Below are positions 10,318 through 22,409 of a stretch of 64,000 bases of DNA, piece by piece; positions within the stretch are counted from its first letter, which is position 1, and every line of letters begins with the position of its first letter. The notes beneath the pieces are model-generated. The model searched no databases and had not been told where the DNA came from. It saw only the letters and a list, made by a program, of their open reading frames with translations. The stretch is from Tubiluchus corallicola (Eukaryota > Animalia > Priapulida), in the NCBI GenBank assembly GCA_030141605.1, contig JAQGDQ010000137.1, positions 1-64,000 of the forward strand. The letters run 5' to 3'. A program made the translations under genes and the position numbers.

Positions 10318-13300
10318 ATGCAGTCGTCAAGTTTTTGTGTGGCCTGTCCTTGGCCTGAAACTGGTGAGTGCTCTCTACAGGATTAGAAGTAATTTCTCTT
10401 CAGTAAATTCTATATGTTACGCACGATAAAATAGTCAGAAACTAGCGCCTAATTGTAATTGTTAGGATTAATTTGCATGTGTAAGATAAACCTGTTTACC
10501 AATATTGAGAGTTAATGTGCATTACGTATACCTTGAGTATACATTTATTATGCATTAAATAAGCGTAATTTTGCATAGATCATGCAGAACTGATAAAAAA
10601 TATTTTGTAGAATAGCGAGACATAAATGAGCAATTTATTTAGCCCAACTAAATTCAACAATGGTATCACATTATTTAGCCTAGTCACTCAAACAACTAAA
10701 GTATGAAATGCCACATCTATTCCTAACCAAACTGAGCAATTGAAAATTCCTGAAATATTAAGTGAATTCGTTTCTACAGTTCCATTTCATTTATACATGG
10801 AACACTGGGATTATGGTAATTTACAAGATAATTTATACTTTGCAGGCAATGATAAAGAAGCCAGTGATTCAACCAATCAGCATAAATCACTAATTACAGC
10901 ACTTCATCTAAAGTATCAACCTGTTGAACTTGATGATGAAATTGTGTGCAAGATATATGTCTTTCCGGGTGGACCACACAAAACTGGTTTGTGCTTAGTT
11001 ATTATGTGAAAAATCCTAATATTATTTTGAAGGTCACACTTTGAAATGGGAATAAGGCCTGGATAAGGCCTTATAAAATTTTGTAGTCTTTTCATGGTTC
11101 TGGCAAGTGACATTTTTTAATGTCGTTCTTTGTCAAGGTATTCGGACGTCTTTACTGTGACTGTTTTCTGTTACTTTTATTTTTAAACATGATCTTGTTG
11201 CAAACATTAAGATATATTTATTTATAACAATACATTCATCAGTGTAAGAAGGTGTACAGCATTGTTGAATATATTGATCTACAGTTTAAGCTGCAGCTTG
11301 TTTAAGTTTGTTGAGTGACCTAGTTGAGTGATAGACATTTAGACTCATATGTGCACATGATGTGATACATTTTTAATGCACTAATGAAAGTATGTGTTGT
11401 TCAAGTAATTAAATGTTCAGTTTAACAGAAACATAACTGTTGGTCATAGTCATTTGTCCTCTTTGCTGATTATTATTCGGCTGCTAGGTAAATGTTTCAG
11501 TAAAAAATCACTAACACAAAAGTCAGTAACATTGTTTGAAGAATTAAACAACTTTTGACGTGTAAGAAACATTTATTCCCGAGAATCTTCTCTTTTCTTC
11601 ATTTCCACACTCATTGCCTATCCGTTAGTGATAACAATTCTACCTTCCTTGTCGTGCATCTTGTCTTTCTGATTCTAGTAAGCTTATATTCATGGCAAAA
11701 CTGAACATTGTTGCTGGGTGAGGTGATAAAAGTTTTGAAAATGTGATACAACGAAATTCAGAACCACTCATGTGTACTGCATATTACGTTCACTTGGTAT
11801 TATGCAATGTTACGTAGCTCAATTTTCAAAATTATTTAGATACAGGAAAACTAGTCATCCCAGAAGTTCTTATCATGGACCATTGTGGAATTACACATGC
11901 AGGTGATCAGGATGAGATAGCTGACTTGTGTGGATCTGTACGGGAGATGGATCTAGCAGAAAACTGCATAACTGATGCTGCAGAGGTAATAACTTTTAGC
12001 AGTATAGAGAAACTGGGTGACTTGCTCATGATCTGAGAGGATATGAAGTATGAATCGGCTTGCTATATTTACTAGGTTTTTTTATTGTTTTTTCTCTCCT
12101 TTACAAGCCATTTGTTCTCTAATTGTAAATTAAGGTTACAATATTTATTATAAATTTCAAAACCTTCACAAATATAAGAACATTTCATCATTTATAGCTT
12201 TTGTTGACAAGAAATTGTCTTCGTGTATTTGATAATGCAATTAAACCAGACTGCCTTGCTCTCAGGAGAATGGTATGTTTTCTAACTAGTCATACATTAC
12301 ATTTGTTGTTCACTAGCATCACTACTAAGCACTGATTTATCAAAGTTGGTATTTCTAACATTGTCTGATGCATGTGTGGTTAGTGCAGTAATCATGTGTA
12401 CCATATAAAATTCCACACAAGCCAGATGTTTTGACGCAATGAGCACAAATTTGTCTAGTTCATGTCATGAATTTGAGGTGTTGTGCTTTTGTACTGGAAT
12501 TTAAGAAACAATCTTTCCTCTTTAAGCTCAAAATGTAGTCACTGTCTTTAAGCAAATGCTGGTTTATAAGTTGTTGTTGGTGTAATACAAACTCCTATTT
12601 CATAACTTTGAACTTGATAAAATAAATATGACTGGACATCAACCAGTAATGCATTTCTCTGTAGCATCTGTAGCATAGAGTTAGCCACCCCACCTGTCAA
12701 CAAGGATCTGCTTTGGGGAGAAAGTTTTGATCCTGTTATTCCTGTATGTTAACATGTTTTGTCAAGTGGTATTTTTGTTGCCATGGCAACAAGCACTGCT
12801 GATATAATAACACAAATTAATGCTGTAGTGTTTTGACACAGCAAGACAATTGTTATTGAAAGAATATTGATAGATTTGTACCCACCATAGGAGCTTTTAT
12901 TTGTTTGGACAAAAAATAAAATAACCTAGTTTTTGTCCTGCACTATTTGTACTGCAGCCCCTAGTCGTGCGTTTTGTGGTATTTGTTTTCAAGCTGTAAT
13001 GAATGATACGTTGTTTGTAGATTTTGAAGATAATCAGCCAGATGCCAGGCCTCACATTTCTGAACATCAGCTCCAATGATTTCTCTTCTTTCTCCCCGCG
13101 AGATTACTCGTGCCAGTACTATTTTCGCAACGTCACGAAGCTAGCAATGAACAAAACCAGAGCCTCGTGGGACGCCATTTGGTGGCTCATTGATATGATG
13201 CCAAAGTGAGTCCTGTTTTCTTTACACATTTTGTAAATGATTCCTGACCTGCCAACGATTTGATTGAAAAATGAGTGTGAAACGTAGAAAGCCAGGGCAT

Positions 13301-16300
13301 CATCTCTCCCCTGGTATGGTCTGGAGGGGGCAAATAAATGCCCCAAAAAATTTTGCATTTTTAGTTTAAAAAAAATCAAGGCAAAAGTAAAAAAAACAAT
13401 TTTTGGATGCTACTGAGCTTTCCTATGCTGTTACTGCAGGTCACTGTGCTTTATAAATATATAAATATATTTTTTGTATACATAAAAAACTTAATAGCCC
13501 CCGAAATTCTTAATATTCAATTTCAATACCCCTTACTACATTGCAGAATGTGTGAACACTGCTGTATTATTGAGAGTAGTACTACTAATTGTGTTGTTGT
13601 TGGTACTAATACCGAAGAAAGCAAGGCAATTTTGCAAACTTGCGTGTGAAGTTGTGGCATGTGAGAACTGAAATTTGATGCGTGTGCACATGTGAAAGAC
13701 TTAAAATGCATGCAACTGGGTCGACGGCTATTTGTGGATAGTGTCTGTTTCACAAATCAGATGGGATTTATCATAAAAGAATCAAAGAATTAGCTCAAAA
13801 AATGTTCTAGGGCCTAAACAAGCTATAATATCCCACAATAACCAACGAAGTTTTTATCATTTTTTATTAAAAATTCGTTTGTTTGTGAGCTATTTAACAA
13901 ATTGTTATCATACTTTCTATGTTAAGAATTTTGAAAACTTTACTTATCAACTGTAAATTGTTGCTTCTTAATGCTTATCTTCCAAGTGCATTTAAATGCC
14001 TCGTATATATGGTGCTTTAAAGATTTGAGGATGGATGATTAGGTATAGGTGGTTACTCTAATTTTGTACATGGGGGATGTTGTTTTAGTATACCAACTCT
14101 TGGCACTGCAGTCAGCACTGTTAAAATTAAAAATGGAAATTTATAAACTTTGGGATATTTCACTCTTCTAGATATAAGTTTGTAAAAAAACAAGGGTCCC
14201 GACTGGGTGAGTTATGTACTTTAAAATTTATTTGGAAAGACCAAAGATAAAATGTATAAAGATCATTTGTAAGAATAATGAATATCTGATTTCTGACCAT
14301 ACTGTTCTGTGCAATGTTTTGTTACTGATGATGTTAAAGAAAATTATGACAAACAACTTTTGTTCTCTACATGAAGAATTTACATTTCTCCCACACGTAG
14401 TAAGATTAAATGCGCTCTTTTCAAAAAGTTGTCGCTTTGTGTTTCATTTGTTTCCACCTCAATCAAAGCATTCAGTAGTAGCTAAACACTTTTCTTTTTT
14501 TAAAGCTTTATTTTAGTTGTAACATTTAGATTTATATGCACAGTTGAATTTAAATACAGTTGCAAATTTGCTGTGCTAATTGTTTCTTAACTTGTCTGTG
14601 CAAAGCATAAAGGAAAAGTTCATGTATTACCAGTAGTATATATGACCAATAAAGATATGCATGTCGACAAAGATTATGCAACTATACAACAAGTATCCTT
14701 CACTCTATTTTAGGGAGTGGAAAGTTGATTTGCTTTCAGCTAATTATTTATTTATGTTTAGCCTGCAGCTGCTGAATGTCTACAATGCACACATGGTATA
14801 ATATATTATTAAAATACCATCCAGGTGTCTAAGGTATTTGCAGATGTAATTAATGTGTTTATATATAGTCAACATAGCATTATAACACGTAGCATATAGG
14901 TCTGATGCTTAATTATACATGTAGTTTCTTATAATTATCATCATTATATATTTGGAGGGAAACAATAAACTGTCTTACGGTTGAAAACTTTGGCAGATAA
15001 TAACGGCGTAATCTTTTTGAAAATAACTCTCGGTTAAAATCTTTTGACAGGGTAACACTTTTAAAAATACAACAAAATGTTCCCATTTTAATGTTTGATT
15101 ATCAATGTTGTGCTTCTAAGCACTAAAAAGATTTATGTGTGAATAGTTAGATGGGACAAGTTCTAGAAATGTTTAAATTGACAAATAGTGTATAGTTTAC
15201 AAAAAAGATATTAAACAAAAATCTCATCTGTGGAAATGGCGACAAATCTGACTTTATTTTCTTAATGTCAGCACAAATTTTATGCACGAGTATAATTTTT
15301 GAATCAGTAACCACATTTCCTGCTCCTGACATTAATTTCTGTGAACTGAGCACAGGTTCTCTATTATTTTATAGCTTAAGGGTAAGGTTTAAGTAGGAAG
15401 AGGTCTTGCAAACACATTACCACTTGTGCATGAAGGTCAACTACGTATTTTCAGAACGAATATTGTAATTTGTTTCAGTTTGCTTAAAATATGTAGCTGC
15501 CAGTTGTTTGTAAGTTTGCAATATTTTCCGGTTCTATTGCGTACAGATTTGTGCATCTGCAAAGAATGAACAGTTTTCAATGATTTTCGAATGGTTTACA
15601 CATGTGCTTAACAATAACCTTGAGTGATTGACTTCAATGCTGCAGCAAGCAGCCAACCATTAACCCTGGGCATGTGTATAGTGATCTCTCAGAGTTATTT
15701 AATGTTTAATGCATTATTTCCGTGTTTCTTTTTTCACTTGTGCCTAGAAATACAGCTGTAGAAGCAATTAATTATAGACTTAAATGACACATGCTTCATG
15801 AATAATTGCTGAGCCACATATGACTGTAAAACACTGTTGGAGCAAGTAAGATACCTATTAAAGGAAGATAGGATGATTTTGCATTTCCTATCGTCATTTT
15901 CAGGTACACTAAAAAGTATACATTTTAACACTATTAATACTGCAAAAGCTTTCCTGATAGTGAAATAATAGATTAAAATCTTAGTTAATGGCAGGGAAGC
16001 TCGACTATTGATGACATCGCAAATGAACAATTTTCAACAGCAAAAACATTCCAGGAATGTATTGCACGTGTTTGCAAAGCAAAAATTGAAGTGCAGTGCT
16101 ACCAGTTTAAGACTCTGTCAGGTTTTCCTTTAACACCGGGTTTCTCAACCGGGGGTTAATTAACCCCCAGGAGGTTAATGGCACCAATTCTGGGGGTTAA
16201 TGGGACTTTACACTCAGAAGAAAAAAAATCACCTATTTGTAGGATCAGGCCTGTTATTAGATTGCAGAGTGATGTATTAAGCGATATGACCGTGTGATGA

Positions 16301-19300
16301 ACCTAAAGACATCCGGATCTAAGGAAAGTTATCACCGATCACCTTTGTAGTCTGTCAACCTCGCCTGATGGTTCTTTCAATGTTGTAAATCTCCATGATG
16401 CCAAGGCTGGATTACAGACCCCTTCAGGTACAATCTGGATGATATGGACGATGATGACATGCTAAAAGACGATCTACTGGAATTGCGTGAAAGCAGCCAC
16501 CTGAAAAATCTGTTCGCTACAACATCCGTAGCTAAATTCTGGTGCAATTATGAAGTACGAGAACCATACGCAGGTTTATCTTCATCAGCTGTTGCAGTGA
16601 TTGTTCCTTTCATTACGACTTACAGGTGCGAATCCGGATTTTCCGCCATGGTATTATTAAAAACTAAAGACAGGAATCGATTAGATCTCCGACATGACTT
16701 ACGCATCGCCCTATCGTCTACAACCCCCCGGATAGATCAACTAGTGGCGGATAAACAACAACAAGTGGCACACTAACTGTCTAGCCAACTTTTCCCAAAA
16801 CATTGTTCAATTTAAATGGCTAACCATTTACTGATCTTTGTTTTTCTTTTATGTCAGTTTCCTGTAATCATGTTCATATTCAGCATCAGGTGTATTGGTG
16901 CCTTACTTAATAAAGTTGCGTTTCAAATTGAAATTTGCATTATTTCAGTCATTTTTCCTTCCAGGGGTAGAGATGGGGGTTAATGGAGGCACTGAGTGGT
17001 CGACTTGGGGTTAACGCTCTAAAAAGGTTGAGAACCGTTGCTTTAACAGAAACAACAAAAAGCTTAAAATGAAATAATTGTTTTTACTAGATCCGCATCT
17101 GTTATCATTTTTCACACAATGGCTAACTAGTTGAATGAGTTTTGAAAATGTTAGCTGCCTGTAAAAAAGAAAGGACTCTCACCCCTAGCTCTAGCCAAAA
17201 TTAATTGTGATTTTTTGACGCGACCTTTTTCCCGTGACTTTATTACGGGTCACCACAAGGAGTCCCATTTTTCAGTTTTTGCCTTCGTTGCTGCTTCAAC
17301 CAGATTGCAGTCTTTTGGCATTGCCTCGTTGCCGTTTTTTGCATTATCTAGAATTTGAAATATTTGTAGGTACACCTTTAAACAAATATGATTTTAAACT
17401 ACTCAAAAGTAAAGTAAAGAATATTAACCAATTTTGTTATTTTCTGTTGTAGCATAGAAGAACTGTACCTATGTTTGAATGAACTTTCTGTGGTGGATGC
17501 GCGAAACGACATGACATCTCCACAATTGGAATTACTTTCCTTTAACGGCAACAAGATAACAGACTGGTCAGAAATATGCAAACTGGGTAAGCTTAACTTG
17601 TTTGTGAAAGTTTTGGAACATTTGTTTTGTAACTACACCAAGTCTAACTAAGTTTTGACTTTTGGTAGTCAGTTTTTTAAGTGTTGAGTTGGACAAATGT
17701 AATAGGACTAAATTTATTTAGTGTCATAAATACAGTTGTTAAGATTTTAGTGCGTAGTATTCAGGTAAATACGAGTAGGGGTAATGAAAGGCCACACCAT
17801 TCAGTCACCTCTAATTAGATGTTAGTATTAAAAACATTAATATTGTGTTAGTGACAATTAATCAAAGTCATAATTACATTAATTCATTAAAAATGTAAGA
17901 ATGTTAAATACATACATAACTTACATGCATACTTGTACATACGCTGAGAATGAAATTAGATAATAGAACGATCATAATAAAAATAATTAAAACATAATAC
18001 ATGATAAAATCTTGTGAGGTTGATTAATAATATTAAAGAAATCAAAATAATTATATAATTTGAAGACTGAAATGCCATATAAGCTAAAGAGCCAATGGAC
18101 ATAGTTAATTTGGATAGTGGGGTAATTAATGTATGAGTGAAGTAAGTCATTTCTATATTTTGATATTAGCGTTTTAGTGGATGTAGAGAATTTAATACCT
18201 TGACTTAGGGAGGTCCATAATATAGTTCCACGAAGTTGTATTGTGCGGAAACCTTGATAAGTACAGAATCTATCTTGATATAAGTTACTACTTGCTGAGG
18301 CCCTAGTTTTGTAAAAAAAAGTATGTACAGCAGATATTTAAGAAAATGGTTGATATATAAATAGGGTAATATCCCTTAGTTATACATAGCAATGCTTTAT
18401 TTACAAGCATAACAACTTTATATGCACAAGTTTTGATGTGACTTCTTTTCTCAATGACAAGTGTAGCATTTTTTCTTAAAACTAAATAAGATAAGTAAAG
18501 CAGTGGTGATACAAAACTTTTTCAGGCTTTCTAGTTTATAGTTTTCGTGCATTTATTAGATTGATTTATGCTTGATCCAGTGTGAGCTGTGATTCCCCAT
18601 TGACAGACCTCTAGTAGCTTATAAAATAAATTTCTAAATCTGAGAAGTGGCATGCAGTTAGCATAGCTACCTGGATAGCAGAAGGCCTGCGTTCGAGTCC
18701 CAGAGGTGCAAAACTGTTTCAGGTTTTCTGATTTAATATTGCTTTCATGCATCTGTACAGTATTTCTAGAATGTAATTTCTCATATTTTACGCAATTGTA
18801 CCACCAGTGCTTGTACTTTCGCACATCATGATAACTTCCAGCACAGTCCGTAGTTCTTTTCTGGAGTAGTCACTAATTGTGTTTGGGCAGAATTAAATGA
18901 AAATATAGAAATTTATGCTTTTTTGCCAAGGTGACAATAATAATTTCTTTCATTCCATTTTTGCAAAATTTGTGCTCCTTTTTGATTCAGTATTAGTTTG
19001 TAGGATTAAAAATTTAAGCATGTTGCAACTGCCACATATAAAATGAAGAAGAGTCAAATCTTTTCTTGCAGATGCTATTAATGTTGAGTTATGCTGCTAA
19101 TTTTTCAAATTTTCACAAAGTATTAGTTGCTTGCTTAATTTACACTTTGTAGAAACCATGCATAACAGAAAAATTCATTTTACAGGTAAATTGTTTCCAA
19201 ACCTCAAAACGTTACTAGTCTCAGAAAATCCGATCTCAGCTATTACCTCAGCCGAAGAAACCGTGCAGATATTCAAGCATCTTCAAACACTCAACATCAG

Positions 19301-22300
19301 CAAGACTCGGTTGTCTAGCTGGAAAGACGTCGAAATTATCAGTACATTCCCCTCGCTGATTGATGTCCATTTGACTGGAGTGCCACTATTTGAGGTACCT
19401 AGTGTGTTTCAGTTGCTCTATTTTGCCTATACAATTAACTTTCAAATGAACAGATCCCGGATCAGAGTACTTTGGCAGTAACGGACAAAGTCTGATGACC
19501 AGAATGTCCAGTTCAATAATTCAAACCATGCAGGATAACTGTTTTAGGCATCTGTGTTTCTGTAATGCATTTCTGCTACAAATTATACCGTATTCCATTC
19601 AAACACTGCGTTAACAAATGTCCACATTTCTCTAGTAGCTATTATCCAGACAGTGTAAAATGTCTATATGTAAATGCAAATGAGGCTAAGATGGTAATTA
19701 TTAATCCAGCAAATCTGTACATGTAGCATGAGAGTTTTACCAGACACAATGAGAATTTTATTTCTACCTGCTAAAGCCCTTAGCAGTAAATCCTCAGATT
19801 TAGTAAGGGTAAGTTATTACTGTGATTTAGGTTAGTAGTGGGCTTCTTTATGAAGTGTGAGTGCAGTGTCTTTAGGAGTCTGGAACAGATTAATCAGGGC
19901 CGTAGTCGGCTTTTGAAAAGTGGTCTGGCCACAGATACGGAACAGGTAGAAAAAGAATACAGCAGCAACATATAGAAGAGTATATTATAATTTATAATAC
20001 AGAGTTATAATATAATAGAGCACTACACATACTCAATGATGACATGATTGATTAAAACTTCCCAAACACACATCTGCGCCGCTCATTTCTAGCAGTAAAC
20101 TCGTTTGCAATTTCCTTCAGGTCAAGAGCGTCTGTTCCATCCATATGTACATGGCAAAGTCATGAGATTGTTCAGTCTAGTTTGAGTCATCGTACTCCGC
20201 AAATAAGTTTTTACTCTACGCAGGGCTGAGAATGTCTAGGCACGTATGGCAGAAAAAGTGGTCCGGCCATGGCCGGACCGCCGACTACGGCCTTGTTAAT
20301 ATTTTTATTTTATTTCTTATGGAGAGTGATTCAGTTTATGATTTGCATCGGTTTTCAAAGGCCACAGTCTTCAGTAATGGATTAAGTTTATGAACTGAGG
20401 TTTGACTGTATTTTTACACTCTATGGGTCTTTTCCTCTTTTAGTACATTAATTCGAGTTAAATTAATACCATATAGCTACAGATAATGTGATAATGATTT
20501 CTGCTTATAATATCTATTTTGTTGCTAATGGCTGAGTTATTCTGATACCTTACATATGAAATACATATACATATATATAGATACAAAAAAGTATGTATTT
20601 ACTGTACATTATGCTCTTTGTTTTTAGTGTTTTTTAGTAGTTTACAATGACTTACAAATATTTTTTGTTACTGAATGCTAATTTCAATATTTATTGTCCT
20701 TTCATTAAAATAATATTAATTGTGTTTTTTGCAGAATTTAACTGATATGCAAAAATGGCAGTTACCTGTTGCACATCTACCAAGGGTTACAGTTTTTAAT
20801 CGAAGCGTCATAATTGATGAGGAGAGAGAAACCTGTGAACGTGCATTTATCCGATATTACATGGAATGCGATGTAAAGCCAAGCCGGTATATAACTTTAC
20901 TCGTTTTTTATAAGAATATTTATACTGATGATAATAATAATAATAATAATAACTAACCAATGGTACCATAAAAAGTATTGATAATAAATACACATACCTA
21001 AAATATGTTTATTATCTATTTAATAAGCTGTTAGGTATTATCACGTTTACACAAACCTTGCAGCTTTAAGCAAAGTTATGGGTAGAATACAATGGAATTA
21101 TGTCAGAACAATTCTATGTCTCATTGTAGTTTCCAAGCGACAATCTTCTAAATGCAACCTACAAACAACTCCTTGCAGTTCATCCTAGTAGAGGCCTCCT
21201 AAACTGTGAGCCACATATTTTAGCCCAGTTCATCCTCTTTCCAAAGAGCTATAAATCTCCCTCCAAGACTCCAACAAAGTGTCTCTACTTGGTGTTTCGT
21301 CAAAATTTTGAAAAGATCCGTAGGTTGGCTCCTGGAAAATGTCCATTGTTGGAGACCATGACCTCCCTCGAAATCTAAATAGGTCTAAATATCCCCACCA
21401 ATAATTACAGCATTGTGCCAGTAATTTTCACATTCTCTCAGACTAAAGAGTGTAAATTTTGTGAAAAAGGCCAAGCGCCCTCTCGTCCCTCCTAAAACTA
21501 ACTAAAAGGTCCCAACTAAAAAAATTAATGTCGATGGGATCACACTAGATTGAGACCTTTCGTTTGATATATGATGCAGATGTTAGAGCTGTAGCCACAA
21601 AAACATACACATAAATAAATAAATCCATCTAGACATATACCAGCAGAATTAATATACATGTATTAGATAATAACAATTTATTAATATTTAAAATATGCTT
21701 TGAGGCCTAGACTTGGCATAATCCTTTTCACCCATTGAGAATAGCAATTTAAAGTAATGGTGATTATTATATTACCCCCGTGTTACTTGACTAATCCATG
21801 TGCTTGACCAAAGAATAAACAGCATAGAACCATTTTTAAAGCCTTTGGCATGAGTCGGTTGTAGAATTGAACCCACAACCTCCCACATGAAAAGCAAGCA
21901 TGCTGTCTGAAAACTGTTTCTGCAGCAGTAGTAAGTTGATGTGAAGTTTGTCATACTTTTGGACAAGTAATTACCTACAATCCAGAAATGCTTGTTTACT
22001 TTTTCTTTCTCCATTGAGGCACTGACATTCATTTTAAACATCTGTTTATCTGTTTTAAACAATTATCTGTTTTTTGCAATTAAATTTTAGATATTATGAA
22101 TTGGAAGAGAAGCATGGAAAGCTGAATCCGCTCGCAAAGATTAATCTGGCACCTCCCGATACTGCCACAGTGATTTTAAAATTCCAAGACCAGGAAAGAT
22201 TGTCAGAGGTTCAGTTGAGACAAACTGTGTGGGACTTCAAGCGGAGAATGTCTCGATGGGTGTGTTTACATCCATCGAAGATGCGTGTTCACTGTCTAGA

Positions 22301-22409
22301 GACAGACATGGCGCAGGTGAGAGGCCATGAGGAGCTAAAGAACAATCGTAAACATTTGTACGCTTATCGTGTTCGTGATGGACACGAGCTGTTAATTGAA
22401 CCTAAGTAA
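10318..22409 (+). CDS. TBCEL: Tubulin-specific chaperone cofactor E-like protein (LRR + C-terminal ubiquitin-like), 8 coding exons, ~443 aa
   Basis: Exons 10318-10363, 10846-10986, 11840-11985, 13021-13205, 17453-17586, 19186-19394, 20735-20886, 22091-22409. All introns are GT-AG, phases are consistent, total 1332 nt. Motifs CGITHAGDQDEIADLC, LNISSN, IEELYLCLNE, EERETCERAFIRYY, RYYELEEKHGKLNPLA and RVRDGHELLIEPK match TBCEL. The first exon is the least certain. Confidence 0.92.
12777..12790. promoter_or_regulatory. Perfect palindromic RFX X-box (GTTGCCATGGCAAC) in TBCEL intron 3
   Basis: Exact match to the canonical RFX-binding palindrome. Function is inferred only. Confidence 0.45.
16136..17040 (+). 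mobile_element. Internally deleted hAT (Buster/Charlie-type) DNA transposon
   Basis: TIRs CCGGGTTTCTCAACC / GGTTGAGAACCGTTG. Perfect 8-bp TSD CTTTAACA (16128-16135 and 17041-17048) with central TA. GGGGTTAA subterminal repeats at both ends. Confidence 0.92.
16444..16776 (+). pseudogene. hAT transposase C-terminal (dimerisation domain) fragment
   Basis: FW...PFITTYRCESGFSAMVLLKTKDRNRLDLRHDLRIALSSTTPRIDQLV...QQVAH is the typical Buster/SCAND3/ZBED8-like C-terminus. The N-terminal and catalytic regions are missing. Confidence 0.85.
18646..18735 (+). mobile_element. Degenerate tRNA-derived SINE head
   Basis: A-box-like GTGGCATGCAGTTAG and B-box GCGTTCGAGTCCC. No intact cloverleaf. Confidence 0.45.
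19895..20295 (-). mobile_element. Short non-autonomous hAT (Tip100/ZMYM1-like) element
   Basis: TIRs CAGGGCCGTAGTCGGC / GCCGACTACGGCCTTG. Minus strand ~20230-20053 reads FSALRRVKTYLRSTMTQTRLNNLMTL(frameshift)...DALDLKEIANEFTARNERRRCVFGKF*, a hAT transposase C-terminus. Confidence 0.85.
20929..20952. repeat. (AAT)n microsatellite
   Basis: About seven AAT units, just downstream of TBCEL exon 7. Confidence 0.8.
20951..21668. mobile_element. Possible non-autonomous Helitron/Helentron-like element
   Basis: Ends in an ACATACAC/ATAA-type microsatellite followed by ...AATATACATGTATTAGAT, an architecture resembling HINE/DINE-like elements. Recognised by pattern only. Confidence 0.3.
21815..21925 (-). 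mobile_element. tRNA-derived SINE remnant (MetaSINE-like core)
   Basis: Minus strand has B-box GGGTTCAATTCT followed by CATGCCAAAGGCTTTAAAAATGGTTCTATGCTG, resembling the conserved Meta core. Confidence 0.4.

Noticed and set aside
16444-16776. Domesticated host gene (ZBED8/SCAND3-like)
   Set aside because: It lies inside TIRs with a perfect TSD and lacks the rest of the protein.
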